Of a stretch of DNA of 64,000 nucleotides, positions 43,947-57,334 are shown piece after piece (the first letter of the stretch is position 1; each line of letters starts with the position of its first letter). Made by a program: the position numbers and the translations under genes. The notes under the pieces were generated by a model. That model worked only from the letters and a program-made list of their open reading frames with translations. It did no database searches and was not told the DNA's origin. Source of the DNA: Lama guanicoe (taxonomy: Eukaryota); the NCBI GenBank assembly GCA_013239625.1, contig MU053216.1:1576943-1640942 (forward strand), in the 5' to 3' direction.

Positions 43947-46576
43947 TCCACTGGGGTGGGGTGGGGTGGGGTGGGGACGGCCTGTACGTTTCTAAACCTC
44001 CCCAGACATTTTCGTTGAGCAGGTGAAGTAAGAACCACCAGCTTAATACCTTCCAACAGATGGTCCTTATTTTCACGATGATATTTTAGGGCAACTGCCC
44101 CCCAAAAAGAGCAGAACCCACTCTTCAGTTACCTCCAGGGAACAAAGCACATGAGGGCCCCAGGCTGCAGACTTGCCTCTGGGTCACGGGCCGCTCGTGG
44201 CCGACACCGTGGGTGAAGACACCCAGAGCAGGGGTACCCGGGGGGCACTCAGGCCACCGTCATCCCGAGGGACCTGCCGGCCAGCGGCCACACAGGGCCC
44301 TGAGACTCTGCCCCTTTTCAGAGTAGGAAGGGTTTTCTTTTAAACCTAACACCCATTTTGGGGAAAGATTTAAAAAGCTACCCCTTATCTCAGAGCCGAG
44401 GGGTATCCTGTGCCAACTGCAATGCCTTCCACAGTCTTCCCAGTCCTGAGAGACGGAGCTGTGTTCTGTCCTCTCGCGCGGCGGGGGCGGGTCTCAGGGC
44501 CGTCCCGTCCCGTCCGGGTGGGGCTCCCTGTGCTCCGGGGCCCTGCCGTCCCTGTGCGGGAGTCGTGGCACGGCGTCCGCCCTGGTCCCTGCTGGCCGAG
44601 GGCTCAGATGGAAGGCAGCCCAGGACGGCTCACCCGCACGTCCTCCGAATCTGCGGTGAAAATCAGGGAATGTCCGTTCTCCCGCGGTTTTCTGCTTAAC
44701 TAGCCCAGGACAAGAGTACAAACTAACACCCAACAGTGCAAACTCTTTTGAGTATGTTAACGTTCCTAATGTAGCACAATCATATGAAACCACCAGAAAC
44801 CGACCACTAAACTCCTCAGCGCTGATTCCGACTGTAGGTGCTTCTGAGTAACCGGAGCGTTTGCCCTACTGCCGTTTAAAGGCTGAACGGGACTATAAAA
44901 TTCGTGTGGGTGATTCTGGAAACTGAACCTGATTAGCTTTTTACAAATAGGATTGAACTGAATAAATCAAAAATGTTCTTGAAACCTTAATTTCCTCACA
45001 GCCATGTGTGTTACACACCGCAGATCTGTACACGGGATCAGCTAACAGTAGCGCTGCGGGGAAGTCAGATCGCTGACGCGCCTCTGGCAGTGCTGAAGCC
45101 AGGTCCAGACAGGGGAGAGGGGTCTGTTTTCACCCTGCAGACCTGCTCCCTCCTGGAGGCAGAGGTGACTGGGGAGGGCAGGGCCGGGAGAGGCGACAGC
45201 CTGTCCCTCCTGCCCTTTCTGCTCCCTGAGCGGGAGTTGGCTGGCTGTCCCCTGGGGTGCTTCTTGGCATCTGTGGGGCCTCCCTGCTCTGCAGGCGCAG
45301 CCCCTCACCCTCAGGGACGTGACTCGGCCTCTGGGTCTCCCGGCGGGGAGACAGCAAGGACTCCACCCCAGGCAGCCTGCCAAGCCCTCGGTTATGGGGT
45401 CTTTAGCCAACTAACAGGCTTGCTGACAGGTTAGAGAGCCCAGCTCATGTCTCACTTAAACCAGCACCGATGTGTCAATTTGTTTCTGAACGCTTGCGAT
45501 CACCTCCTGGGTGGGGTGCCCAGGGCAACCTTCCAGCCTCTGCTGCTTTGTCCCTGTCACGTCAACAGGCCTGAACTTCCTGCTGCAAACCCTAGAGGAT
45601 GGTGGTTTACCGGGTCCAGGAGAGAGAAGGGTGACCCAGGGCCCGAGAGCCTGGCAGGGCTGCCCAGAGGGGTAACAGAAGTAACAAGGCGCCTTCTCAC
45701 CCACCCACTGCCGGGACGGCCCTGCGTGGGGAGAACCACCCGCACACGACGGGACACGCAGGCCCTGTTCATTCCTCCTCGTGAGGTTCCCGTTAACCTT
45801 ACCACCTCCTCCTTGGAGACGAGGGCCGGGCCACACGGCTCCCGCCTGGCAGGACTGGGGTGTGCACCCTGCACTCTGGGGCTGGGGGAAGCCTCCTGCG
45901 CGACTCTGCCTCGGGGAGGGAGGTGGTCGGGTGGCCAGACTGGAACGGAACAGCGTGTTCCAGGCACACGCAGCTGCTCCGGGTGACGTCCCACCTCCAC
46001 GCTCATCCCGGGTCGTCATGGTAACCGCTCCCCGCCGGCCACTCGGGGCCCTCGGGGACTTCAGGTGTGAAGCAATGCTGGCAAAGAAGAATGCCTGTCA
46101 CCCTTGAAGATTTAAGAATCTAAACCACACACGCAGCTTGGAACAAGCTTCATCACCGTCAGGCCCCGCCAGCCGCACGGCTGCCCGAGAGGTCAGGCCA
46201 CACCACCTTCCGATCTTTCAGGACAAAGGAGACCCCACACACTGGACCTGCTTCCCCTCCGCTCTAACAGCACGTGGCCCGTCCCTCCCTCCTGCCACCG
46301 CGTCCAGGTCTGGTGCTAGTGGGGGAGCTTCGCACCCAGGCGCTGTTGGTGCTTTAAGTTATGAAGTTTGTTTTTTAAAAATCTGGTCTTCTGCTGACTC
46401 TTGCTGTTCCTTAAAGGGGCTTTGCCCATCTCTCCTTCAGAACTTGAGGCGGGGTTGAACCGCGAGGCAGCCAGTCTGCTGCTCTGGACTCGGTCCTCCT
46501 TGTTTGAATGGTGCTGCCTGGTCCCAGGGGCGAGGACAGAGCAGGGGCTGCCCTGGGCCGGGACAGCCACCGGCAG

Positions 46577-46935
46577 TCACTGATCCACGTGTAGTGTCCC
46601 ATTGTGTATACAGCACAGCTCCTCTACCAGGCGTCTGTGGGTGGACGTCGGGCTGTTTCCGTGTCTTGGCTGTTGTAAACAGTGCTGCTGTGGGCACTGG
46701 GGTGCAGGTGCCTTTCTGAATTACAGTTTTCATCTTCTCTGGATGTACGCCCAGGAGTGGGACTGCTGGATCATATGGTGAGTCTATTTTTAGTTTTAAA
46801 GGAATCTCCATACTGCTCTCCGAAGTGGCTGCACCGAATTACACTCCCACCTAGTGCAGGAGGCTCCCTTTTCTGCACACTTGCCCCAGCATTTATTGTT
46901 TGTGGACTTCGTAATTGGCCGTTCCGATCAGTGTG
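46577..46935 (-). mobile_element. L1 ORF2 C-terminal fragment
   Basis: Minus ORF LKIDSPYDPAVPLLGVHPEKMKTVIQKGTCTPVPTAALFTTAKTRKQP. Confidence 0.8.
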
Positions 46936-47759
46936 AGTGTCACACACTCTACCCCTTCCTCATTAGTCTGCGATTTAAATAATAAAGATAAATGCCCTGG
47001 TACCTTAAATATTTGAGGACCCATTTTATAACCACTGCTCTATTTCATTGATCGGTATTTGTTCTCATGTCATTACCCCATTGTTTTAATTAATGTGTCT
47101 TTAAATTGGTTTTAATTAGGCAAATCCTCCTTCATCCTTTTCTGCTAAAATTTCCTAACTATTCTCGACTATTTTCTCAGATACATGTTAAAATAATGTC
47201 AAATTTTAAAGGATGGAATTGTATTTGAATTTTATAAGCCTGTACGTCAATAGAAATACAGTGTTTCTCGGTGGATTCCCCCCCCCTCTTCTGGGGGCAT
47301 TTCTATTTCTAACCCAACACGAAGACGCCCTGAAAGTGGCTGGCAGGTGACAGAGGAAAATTGGAGGCAGGTAGCAGCTCTCTCGGGGGATCCATACCGA
47401 ACGGGACGTATATCCTTGTCAGAACAATTAGAAAGGGAAAAAACATCGGCAGATGCCTTGAAACCTACCAGTTAGGTGGGCAACTGCGGAAGGAGAAGCT
47501 ACACACACACAGGGACATCAAAGAGCCAAAGTGGCTTTAACTGTCAGGACGACGCTCAGGCTCAGAACCGCCACGCGCCGAGAGGGCCTGCATCTCCTAG
47601 GAACCCGGAGGGCTCCCGCCTCGGGTGTGGGGGCTCCGCGGTACGGACACAGCCTTGCGTTTTGCACTCCCCCCTTTCTGTGGTTTGGCGCGTCGCCTGA
47701 GAAGTCAAGCTCCTCACTCAGCTGAGTCAGGGTCAGAGCCGGCGATCTTAGGAGCAGGC

Positions 47760-48330
47760 ACTGCTACTTAGAGCAGCCAAGACCTGGAGGCAACCCAAAC
47801 ATGCATCGACAGCTGACTGGGGAGAGCTGTGGTGTATTTACACCGTGGAGCACTGCTCAGCCATCAAAAGGAATGAAATAGTGCCATTTGCAGCAACATG
47901 GTTGGACTTGGAGATCATCAAACTAAGTGAAGTAAGTCAGACAGAGGAAAGACATATCATATGATATCACTCATATGTGGAATCTAGAAAAAGGACACAG
48001 ATGAACTTATTTACAAAACAGAGACAGACTCACAGACATAGAAAACAGACTTGTGGTTACCAGGGGGAAGGAGGTGTGGAGGGATAAATTGGGAGTTTGG
48101 GATTAGCAGGTGCAAACTACTATATATAAAACAGATACACAGTGAGGCCACTGCAGAGCACAGGGAACTATATTCAATACCTTGAAATAGCCTATAATGA
48201 AAAAGAATATGAAAAGGAATGTATATATACGTGAATGTGCGTAACTGAATCACGATGCTGTTCACCAGAAATCAACATGGTGTACACCGACTGTACTTCA
48301 ATAAAAATTTTTAGAAAATTAAAAAAAAAT
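47760..48330 (+). mobile_element. L1 3' end with poly(A)
   Basis: gccatttgcagcaacatggttggacttggagatcatcaaactaagtgaagtaagtcagacagag...cttcaataaaaa; A-rich tail. Confidence 0.85.
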
Positions 48331-49568
48331 AAAGATGTGCTGGATGCAGCTGTTGCTTGATTTCACGGAACATGCCACCTTACAGGTGCCCTGAACACCG
48401 ATGGAACTTGAGCATTTTAAGCCACCTCGGAGCCAGCGGTTTCTCCTTTGGGCTCTCCCAGCTTCCGTGGAAACCCCAGAAGGAGACAGAGAGAGAAAAT
48501 CAACTCTCTTTAAGTTCTCTCTGATTTGATGAAGACTCTCCCATGAGGGTGTGAATTAATTATAAACGTAAAGCTCCAGTTCTTTATTCCGTCGTGGGAG
48601 CCTTAAGTTAAAATGACAGCCACGCAGGATGTCTTTATTGTACAGAAGAGCAGTGTTTATAACTTCAAAGGGTCTGCCTCGGAGTTGGCCTCGGTGGGGC
48701 AGAACCGCTGCTGGGGCCCTTGACTGGTCACTCATGCTACGATCCGGCGAGGGTGGGGGGCTCTGCTCTACGCAGCCACTCAGGGTCCCAGCCCCCCACC
48801 TTCCTTTAGTTTCTTGGAGTCGCCTGCTTGGCTGGCAGAGGGGAGAAAAGGAGGCTCCCAGACAGGAGGTTTTAATCGGCCAGGCCTGGACGGAATGTTC
48901 CAAGGGTGGAGCTTGGTCGCATGGTCACGTCAACTGCAAAGGGGACAGAAATGCGATCTCATTGCGCCTGGGAAGAGGAGACAGAGTTTGGTGGGCGCCG
49001 GCAGCTCTTGCCGCAGGGCCTATTCATGCATTCATTCACGCGTCCACGTTTGTGGAAAAGACACGGGGTTGCACGGAGCTGTGTGTTCTGAAGACCACAT
49101 GGGATACCACGTGTGAAGCACCCCCCACGCTTTCCATACGTGTAGCAAGTGACCTGCGCCCTGCTCATCACATAGTACCTTGTCAATGTTTATTGCTAGC
49201 TCTTTCTGCGAAGTCACAGAATTCGCCCCCTATGCGCTTTCCTCTCAAATGTCAAGGGTGGATTTGTAGTTCTGCTTTTCATGTTTTCAAGTTAAAAGGC
49301 TGTATCTTTTTCTGCCCATTTATCCAAAACAAACAAACAAGCAAGAAAACAAACAAAAAGACCCCTTAATCCTTCAACGTAAGTCGTTTCTGGGTTCTAT
49401 TATGGCTCATTTGTACTATTCACACTGAAAGAAAAGATTAATTTGAGGGCTGAGAAGCGATAGCCAGTACAATTAGTGGAAATATTGGTGAAAGGAAGCT
49501 CATTGGTTTTCCAAAAAACACCCAGAATTTGAGGGGCAGTCCTGTCATGCCGGTAGTGCTCACACCGG

Positions 49569-49584
49569 CCACTAGATGGCAGCA
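49569..49584 (+). promoter_or_regulatory. Candidate CTCF site
   Basis: CCACTAGATGGCAGCA, a near-perfect CTCF core motif. Confidence 0.6.
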
Positions 49585-50409
49585 TCTCACAGGAATTTGA
49601 TAGACTTGTCTTGGCCTTGAAGCCCTTACTTCCAAGTAACTGAAGACGAAAGTGGGGCGATTAAAACAGTTTTTTTGGTGCTTACTATTGTGAAAAGAAG
49701 TATCTCCAAACTCTCTCAAAAAGTCCTCTTGTGACATTTTATACCCACTCTTTCTACCTCGAGGCCAGGAGGAGTAAGTCATTGACGTCAGGAGCGCGCC
49801 GCGAGCACGCGCGCGGGGGGGGGGGGGCTTCCCGAGGCGCCTCCCGAGCGCCCTCCGGCCGGACTTCGGTCCTTGGCCCTCCGGGCACACGTGGGAGCCG
49901 GTCTCCCCTGCGGCGGCTGAGAGGAATGCTCATTTCTCCCTGGTGGAGCGTAATGGAATGAGGCAGTCGTGTGGCGCCTTCCCGCGAGCCTGGAAGCCAG
50001 GGGCAGTTCCGGGCAGGCTCTGTCTTCAGCGATGGTAGCACTGCTCCTCCTGGCAGGGAAGCCAGGGCTGCTGTTCGCTTCCTTCTGTGAAGTCTCGTAA
50101 TGCTGAAAATATCTTGCCACCTTGTTTATTACTCCTAAGAAATGAGCATCGTCAAGGACACTGGACTCACCGAAACCAGGGCTGCGGGGAAGCCTGGGCC
50201 ACTGCCTGAAGGGCGGCCGCCCGGCTGGGAAGCTGGCTCTTTGACCAGGGCCGCGTGGAAGGCCGGAGCCGGCCACCTGCTCTGCTGTTTCTCAGGTGGA
50301 ATTATTTCCACGGAGCATTCAGCCTCCCCCTTCTCCCCTAAGTTCTCTGTTTAAACTTTCTCACTCAGTCTCCACTTTAATGAGACGCAGCTTTCAGGGT
50401 TTCAGCCAC

Positions 50410-50938
50410 TGTGCTGGGGCCTCACCTTGAGGCGGGAAGCCCCATAAAAACAGACCAGCAGGACCTCCAGGCAGGGCCACTGCTCTCCTGCCAGCACCAC
50501 CCGGTTTCCTGGCCCAGCGGCTTTATCTCACTTTTTGCCTCTGAAACGGCTTACTTCTAGGAAAGTGGAACTTACCGCTAAAATTCTATTGGTTCCGTAA
50601 GCTAACTCCTGATTGGTCCATTTGTACTGCTTCATTTGCATGGAGCTCACTCCTGATTGGTTATTTCTCTCCCTCCTGATCGGTCCATTTCTACAAAGTT
50701 TGTTCTAATTAGTCAACTTTTGTTATACCTTATTTACATATGATGTTGCAAAGTGTAAACTGGCAGCGTATAAAAGCCTGTGTAAACCTTCCGAGGCGGT
50801 TCAGAGCTTGGAGTGTTAACTCCTCTGGGCCCGCTGGCGTAATAAACGTGAGTTCTCCAGCCCTCCGAGTGCTGCTTGGTCTCTTGCCCGGATCCAGGTT
50901 GCTGTCACGCCTGAGCTGTAGCACGTTTTTCTGCAACA
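50410..50938 (+). mobile_element. Solo ERV LTR with intact promoter elements
   Basis: TG...CA termini; TSD gccac/gcccc; repeated ctcctgatYggt (reverse CCAAT); TATAAAA at 50769; AATAAA at 50841. Confidence 0.75.
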
Positions 50939-52249
50939 GCCCCGCGGCTGTCAGGCATGTGGGTCTTGCTTTGTGTGTGATTGGAAAGTTTCCCTAAAAG
51001 AGCATTGATGTTGCTGCAGAAAAGGGCTTTGGTCCCACCTATGGGATCGGGCAAGCTTGTGCCAGCAGAGCCCATCTGAGAGCTTAGGGTCGGGCTGGGC
51101 GGTTCGCTGTTGCGCTGGCTGGACACTGGTCTTTATTCTGTACTGTTAGGTGGTAGCGACTCCCAGCGAAGATGAGGCTGCTGCGAGCAACATGGCCCAT
51201 AAAACACTTATGGCGCCCCCGGCGGCTGTGATTCTGGAGTGCCTCCGTGCTGGGCTCCAGGGCCACCCTGCAAGTCACCACAGGGAGCCTGACTGCCAGC
51301 AGGCTCTCCCTGAGGAAAAAGCACTAGCTCCTGGGTTCTTCTTCCACATCTCCTCTCCCCCCGGCCCCCGTCCCCACCCCTTCTGTCTCCTTCATCTTTT
51401 CACCAGAGACAAGAAACCATCTCCATGTGGATTCTCTCTTTTTGGGTCCACCATAAACACATCTCTCTTCTCCATGGTCCTCAGTATTTTGAGGGAAATT
51501 CTCCAAAGGAATTTCACCATGCATTGGCATGTTTCTGTGACCGAGAGCTGTGTGTGACATACGGCAGCGTGGCCACACACACTGGTAAATGAAATAACCG
51601 AGGCAGATGTGTTTGTGAAGCAAAGGAAGCATTTCAATTTCTGCTCGCGGCTTTTCCCTGCTTCGTGGTCGAGGGTCCCACTGTTGCCAGAACCTGTCCT
51701 GCATCACTTTAGGGAAACTGCCCTCCTGCCGCTGGGTGTGGGAACGCACCCCATCTCTGACCTCCAGTTTTCGTGTCTCTGGATTCTCCAAATTTTGGGG
51801 CTCGTATTTAATAGGCCTGTGTTTGAGTAAATCAACACCTGTAAACTGTTCACTTGGGGACCCGGAGCTGGTATTTTTGGTGACCCAACGGACAGCAAAA
51901 GCCGCCTCCACGGCGGGCAGACTGAGTGATGAAGATCCTGCTAGAGCCATCCCCGGCCCGAGGTTCTGCACACCTCCGCCGCCTGTGACCCCGCTAGTGA
52001 GGAAGGAGCTGGGATGAGCAAGCTCCCCCCACGATGCCGGCACCTCAAGTACCCGCGCCATTGGAGGATCAATCCCAGTTCCTGTGGCCTGGGAGGGCGG
52101 GAATGGGGGGTGGGCTGGGTCTGATCGGCTCTATCCCCAAATGCGTCTTTTGCTGAATCAGTCCACTTACTAACAAGCTCTGATTTGCTCCTGAATCTGT
52201 TTCTAAGCAAACGCAGGGACAGACACGTTCCTGCATTCGTTCTTGTGAA

Positions 52250-52560
52250 GCCGGGTCAGCAAACCAGACCTGGCCCCGTTGCTGGTGTTTGTCTGGCCCC
52301 ATGCTGAAGGTGGTTTTATACTTTTAAATGGTTAAAAAAAAAGAGAGTATCTTGTGATGTGACAATTATGGACATATGAAAACCTGAGTTTCATGTAACC
52401 AGAGGCCATCTGGAACTCGGTCTCCCTTCTCGTGCGTGCTGTCCGGCTGCTCTGGGGCTCCTGGGAGCGGGGTCCTTGCCACAGAGACACGTGCAGCCTG
52501 CGAAGCCTGGAACAGGCCCCCTCCGGCCCTTTGCAAAAAACTTTGCCGGTTCCTGCTCTA
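52250..52560. mobile_element. MER58-type hAT-Charlie DNA transposon
   Basis: gggtcagcaaac...tggttttatacttttaaatggttaaaaaaa...gccctttgcaaaaaactttgccggttcctg. Confidence 0.65.
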
Positions 52561-53011
52561 GAAAAACAAAGGCTGCTTCTTTGTTCACAAGTAATTTCTC
52601 AGAATGCAAGTCCCCAAGGCCTGGGGGTCCCTTCACGGCGGTCCCTTCTGAGCTGGGTCTGGCCTACTTTTCCTTCGAGGGGCCTTCAGACTGGGTGGTT
52701 GTCCCCTTGAAGACCTCGCTCTGGGAGTATTTTTGCCTAAATGTTACCTTCCGATGCGGACACACGCTCTTCATTGGAGGAATCCGCAGTCAGTCCCTGG
52801 CTGTCCTTTGAATCATCCAGGAGTGTTCATAAATCAGTCTCTGCGTGTGGGGCCATGCGAGTCCAAAGTGAAAGTTCAGTCTACAAAGGGAGAACCTCCC
52901 TCTGCTATTTTATAAAGTTAAGGTTTCAGTTGTGAGAGCCAGTTCCATTGGGCGCGCGATTCCTTTCCACACGCGTTTGTTGAATTCCAGCAAAACACTG
53001 ACCGCTCAGGT

Positions 53012-53170
53012 GAGGAGGGTACAGCTCAGAGGGAGAGCATGTGCTTCACATGCATGAGGTCCTGGGTTCAATCCCCAGTACCTCTGCCATAATAAATAAA
53101 CCTAATTACCCCCCCACCCACCCCCCAAAAACATGCAATTACATCTGAATAAAACTGGATGGAAAAAAAA
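53012..53170 (+). mobile_element. tRNA-derived SINE (camelid-type)
   Basis: gaggagggtacagctcagagggagagcatgtgcttcacatgcatgaggtcctgggttcaatccccagtacctc with A/B boxes, then an aataaataaacctaattacc tail. Confidence 0.8.
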
Positions 53171-54469
53171 TTTTAAATGCTGTTTGCTTTGGACACTGTG
53201 TCTCAAAAAGGAATGAAACAGTTTTCTGCTTTCGGCGATACAGAGGGACAGACCATCAGTGCTGGACAGAGTAACACCCCCCCCCCAAATGCACTAGTAT
53301 CTCAGCCCTCAGTTCTGGGAACTAGTTAAATATGCAGATCTGGTGCGCAGTTCTGTGGAAACCAGAAAGCAGGGACAAATAAACCACTCGCTTTAGTGCC
53401 ACCTCATGCTCCTTTTGGAAATGGCTCCATTTCTATTGACTAACATTTGGGGGGTGGGGGAGGGGCCTTCAATCTTGTTTTTCACTAGAAGGAGCAGTGT
53501 CACACGGAGGCGTGCTCCCACCTCTCCCCCAGTTCCTGGCCTCCCGGGTCTCCGTCTACACTGCACACGGGCGCTGGGATGCAGAGCCGAACCCACTCAG
53601 CTCCCAGTGGAGGGGCGGCTTTAGAAACCTTAGAATATTGCAAACTGGTTGACATTTTGTTCAGACAACATTGGAGCTAACAGTTACCACTAGAAAATTG
53701 TCACACACAAGTGGGACAATGTCTCAAGAAAAACTACATATTTTGGCCACATCTACATCCTATTAGACATCATGGAAAGGTGTTACTTGGCCAGTATAGT
53801 TCCTGCTGGGGAGCAGGTGGAAAGTTAAGTGATTACACAAACCTGCATTGTGTTGATCAGTTACAGGAGGACGGAAAAATCCCAGGAAAGGTCTTGGTCT
53901 GTGTCCTTCACGTATTAACAGGACAATGAGAACAGACCTTTTTTGAGAAAAGGATCGAAAAACCCACTGACAGCCTCAGAAAGCCTTCTGATCTCATCTT
54001 GCACCTCCAGGCAGCTTTTAGTGCTGTTTTGATGGCCACAAACAGAGAAATTGTTAATTAATAATTTGTCATTAAAACCTTACAAATGCTGCATGTTAGC
54101 AAATGTGAGACGCTGCAGTAAGATGCCTAGTAACTCCGTGCACCACTGAGAACAAACGTCTGACACTTAAACTGTGCCGTGCCTTCGGTTGTCTGAAGCA
54201 TTCTGACTCCACTTAAGTGAAAGTGTTCAGACGCGTGCAACTTACAGCCAATAAAACCCATCTCTGAACTTATTATGCAAAAAATGATTAGTCTTCAGCC
54301 TTAATTTGAAGTGAAATCATGGGGCGTGCGTGCACCTTACTTGCCCAGCTGGCTTTCGTCAAGCCCTGAAGTCCCTCCTCCTGGGATGTGTCTTCTGCCC
54401 TCCCCGCCCATGAAGACGGATGCAGGTGGCAATGTCACAGCCACGTCAAAGCTGCCCATGGGAACTGCC

Positions 54470-54568
54470 TTTTTAAAAATTCTTTTTAAAATAAACGTTC
54501 TTTTATTTGTTTGTTCTCATTTTTTAATGGAGGTACTGGGGGTTGAACCCAGGACCTTGTGCGTGCCT
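54470..54568 (-). mobile_element. Truncated copy of the same SINE
   Basis: tttttaatggaggtactgggggttgaacccaggaccttgtgcgtg. Confidence 0.7.
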
Positions 54569-57334
54569 GTCACAAATGTTGAATTACTTTCACTTTAAAG
54601 CCTTACCTAAGCAGTACGTGAAGTGGGAAGCATGTCCACCACTGAAAGGTATAAAATGAAAGGTGAGACTCTTCCCTCTCTGCCCCCTCCATCGCCCCTC
54701 CTTGGCCACATAGGAAGAAAGTCCGTCATTAAACACTCCTGCCGTGGTTGGCAGCTTTCCAGCCGTTTCCGTAACAGCGCGCGGGTTTCTGCGCTGGGCG
54801 CGCGCCGCTCTCCACGCTCCCCTCCCGCGCGGCCGGCGCGCCCCGGGCGGCTGTCACCACGTTCGCTCACCCGGCACCCACTTCCCCGGGTGCCTGGGAT
54901 CCACATGGGGGCTGTCTGTGGTTGTTTCCCCTTGTGGTGAAGCCATGTCTTTACACGTGTATTCTTGTGTGCTCGTGTGTGATTATTCGTAGAGCACAGA
55001 GCCTTAAAAATGGAATCTCCGGGTTTAAATGGGCGTGTGATCTGAGTCTGGGTAGGTGTCGACGAGGCCCTCAGGGCTGAGGAGCGACGGAGTAAAAGGA
55101 GACCCGGCCCTCCTTTGTGCCCTCGTGCTGCTTTCTTTTTGCCCCATCATATCAATACATTTTTCTTTTGAAAACTGAGGGGTGACACTTGACAGCCCAT
55201 GAGGTCTCTCCTGGCTGCTGTGTTCTGTAAGCCTGTGATTCCGAAATATGGAAGCTGGCTGGTCACACCCAGGCGGCTGTCCTGGTCAGCGTGTTTCAGG
55301 GCTGCGTCCCACGGTGGGGACGTGCTCGTTCTGAGACAGTGAGGCCTACCTTGAAGTCAGAAACTGAATGAGACAGAGGCACTTGTAACAGCCAGCACGC
55401 AGCCACGTCCGTCTCAGCAAGTTGTCTCCCAGTAATGGGTGGAAGGACATACAGTCTGCAAAGACATTTAGACTTTCTAGAGCAGTTTTAGGACATGAGC
55501 AAAACCAAGGAATCAACACATTTTGGAATAAATTCTTGCAGAGATCTGTGCTGTTGAGAGGACATTCCTGAAGGCGCCTCCAACCTCCCCGAAGTCCTGA
55601 GGCTCCTCTAAAGAACCGACGGGTGTTTATTTCTGAGAGACGCTGGGAGACCCATAAACCCACTCCCTCACTGAGACAGGGCCACAGAAATGTATTTTCC
55701 AAGGGAGAAGGTTAATTAAAAGGGTTTTTAAATTTTATTGAAATTTTTTTAAAAACTTGAAGTGCAGTTGAGTTACAGGGTTGAGTTAGTTTCAGGTGTA
55801 CAGCGAAGTGATCCAGTTATACGAACATTAACTTTCAAATAGACCTTTTCAACTTCTAAATAAAGAGAAAGACACTTCCCTTCACTTTTATGTATAGGAT
55901 GCAGATTCTTGAAAGCAAGGTGACCGAGGAGGTTTCGTCTTAAACGTGCGCTGTTTGTTTATTCTGCCGTCGCCTGGCGTGTCCGCGGGGCCTCGTAGTG
56001 CCTGGTGCCACATAAAAGCGAACGGTCATGTTCCACTCATGACCGGGCTGAGATCAGACAACAGACTGGCTACAGTTCTCTGCCCCCTTTGCTCTAAGAA
56101 AACGTGACCCTAAATCCAAACCAGCTTTGGAGTAGAAGACCCCACAACGATGACACAGCGACAGAGCTCATGCCATATGCAGTTGGATTGTTTCAATGCT
56201 CTCTGTCCGTCCGTTTCCATTTCACCGGCTATTTATCCGTGGTAGTAAAAAGTCAAGTGGAAAATCCACTCTTTGGTCTGTTAGGCACAGCATTCATTTG
56301 GCCAGCACTTCTGGCAGGATAAAACTAAACTCAGTGGAGCCCCCTTTCATAAGCCTGGCGTCTGAAGCTAGAACTAACCCTCCTGGCAGTGTAATTGTAA
56401 TCGCAGGCCTTTTCCGTGTGTAGTCGCGTTTCCCCAGTGAGGCCTGGGAACCGATCTGCATCCAAATATCTGACCAGGCATCCCAGGAGCCCTGGGTTTT
56501 TAGCTACACACACTCATAGGGCATCTGGTACTTGCACTCACGGAGAACCCGCTGCCTGGAGCAGAAGCAAACCTTGGGTTCGGGCTGTTACTTATCCAAA
56601 CGGTTCAGTAGAGATTTTCAGTAAGCGCAGCAAAACACTCCCATGTCAGGGAGGGAGCACTAGTGGACGCTAGCATCCGTTCCACGGAGAGTGACAGTCC
56701 CAAGAGGGGGGCGTGCCCCGTGTCTGTCCCGAGACCCGACAGGGCTGTTTCAGAGGCTGGATACAGAAGACGTCTCCCGTTGGGTCATTTCCTTCAGAGC
56801 CAGCAGTTTTTATTCTTCTCAGCAAGTGTTTAGAGCAAAGTGTTGATGCTCATTAATCTGTTTCTTGTCTCGCAGACGTGCGGACGTGTGATTGGTGGCA
56901 AGCCCGCGTGTCTGACGGGCCTCAACGTCGTCTGCGGGGCAGGACGAGATTGTTACACTGAACAGATCTGTTTGGCGTTGTTATTCTTTGTAATTACCTT
57001 CATTAAGTGAAAGCATGTGTCAATCAACTTTGAACTTTAAACATACCAGTAATTTGCGAGAAAAATGCATTTCTCTTTCCTGTAGGCACATGTGTGCTTG
57101 GACACAGGAATGCACGTCGGTAGGTAGATGTTTGCTGTATCAGAAGCGTGCTTCTGCCGCTTTCTGAATATGTGATTTCACCCTGGTTGGCATTTGAAAC
57201 TTTAAACAGAAAGTGCATGCCTGTGTTACATGCCGACTGCCTGACTCGGATGTTCCAGTTAACACTCCCTGGGTTCCCCACGATTTGTAAATCTGATCAT
57301 TCCAGCAATCACAGTTTTCTGCCGTGGAAGCACG

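Noticed and set aside
46577..48330. Twin-priming inverted L1
   Set aside because: The two opposite-strand pieces cover overlapping L1 coordinates, are ~800 bp apart and share no TSD; they are separate insertions.
53012..53085. tRNA gene
   Set aside because: The tRNA-like head continues into a SINE body and tail, the acceptor stem is degenerate, and a second partial copy exists near 54500.
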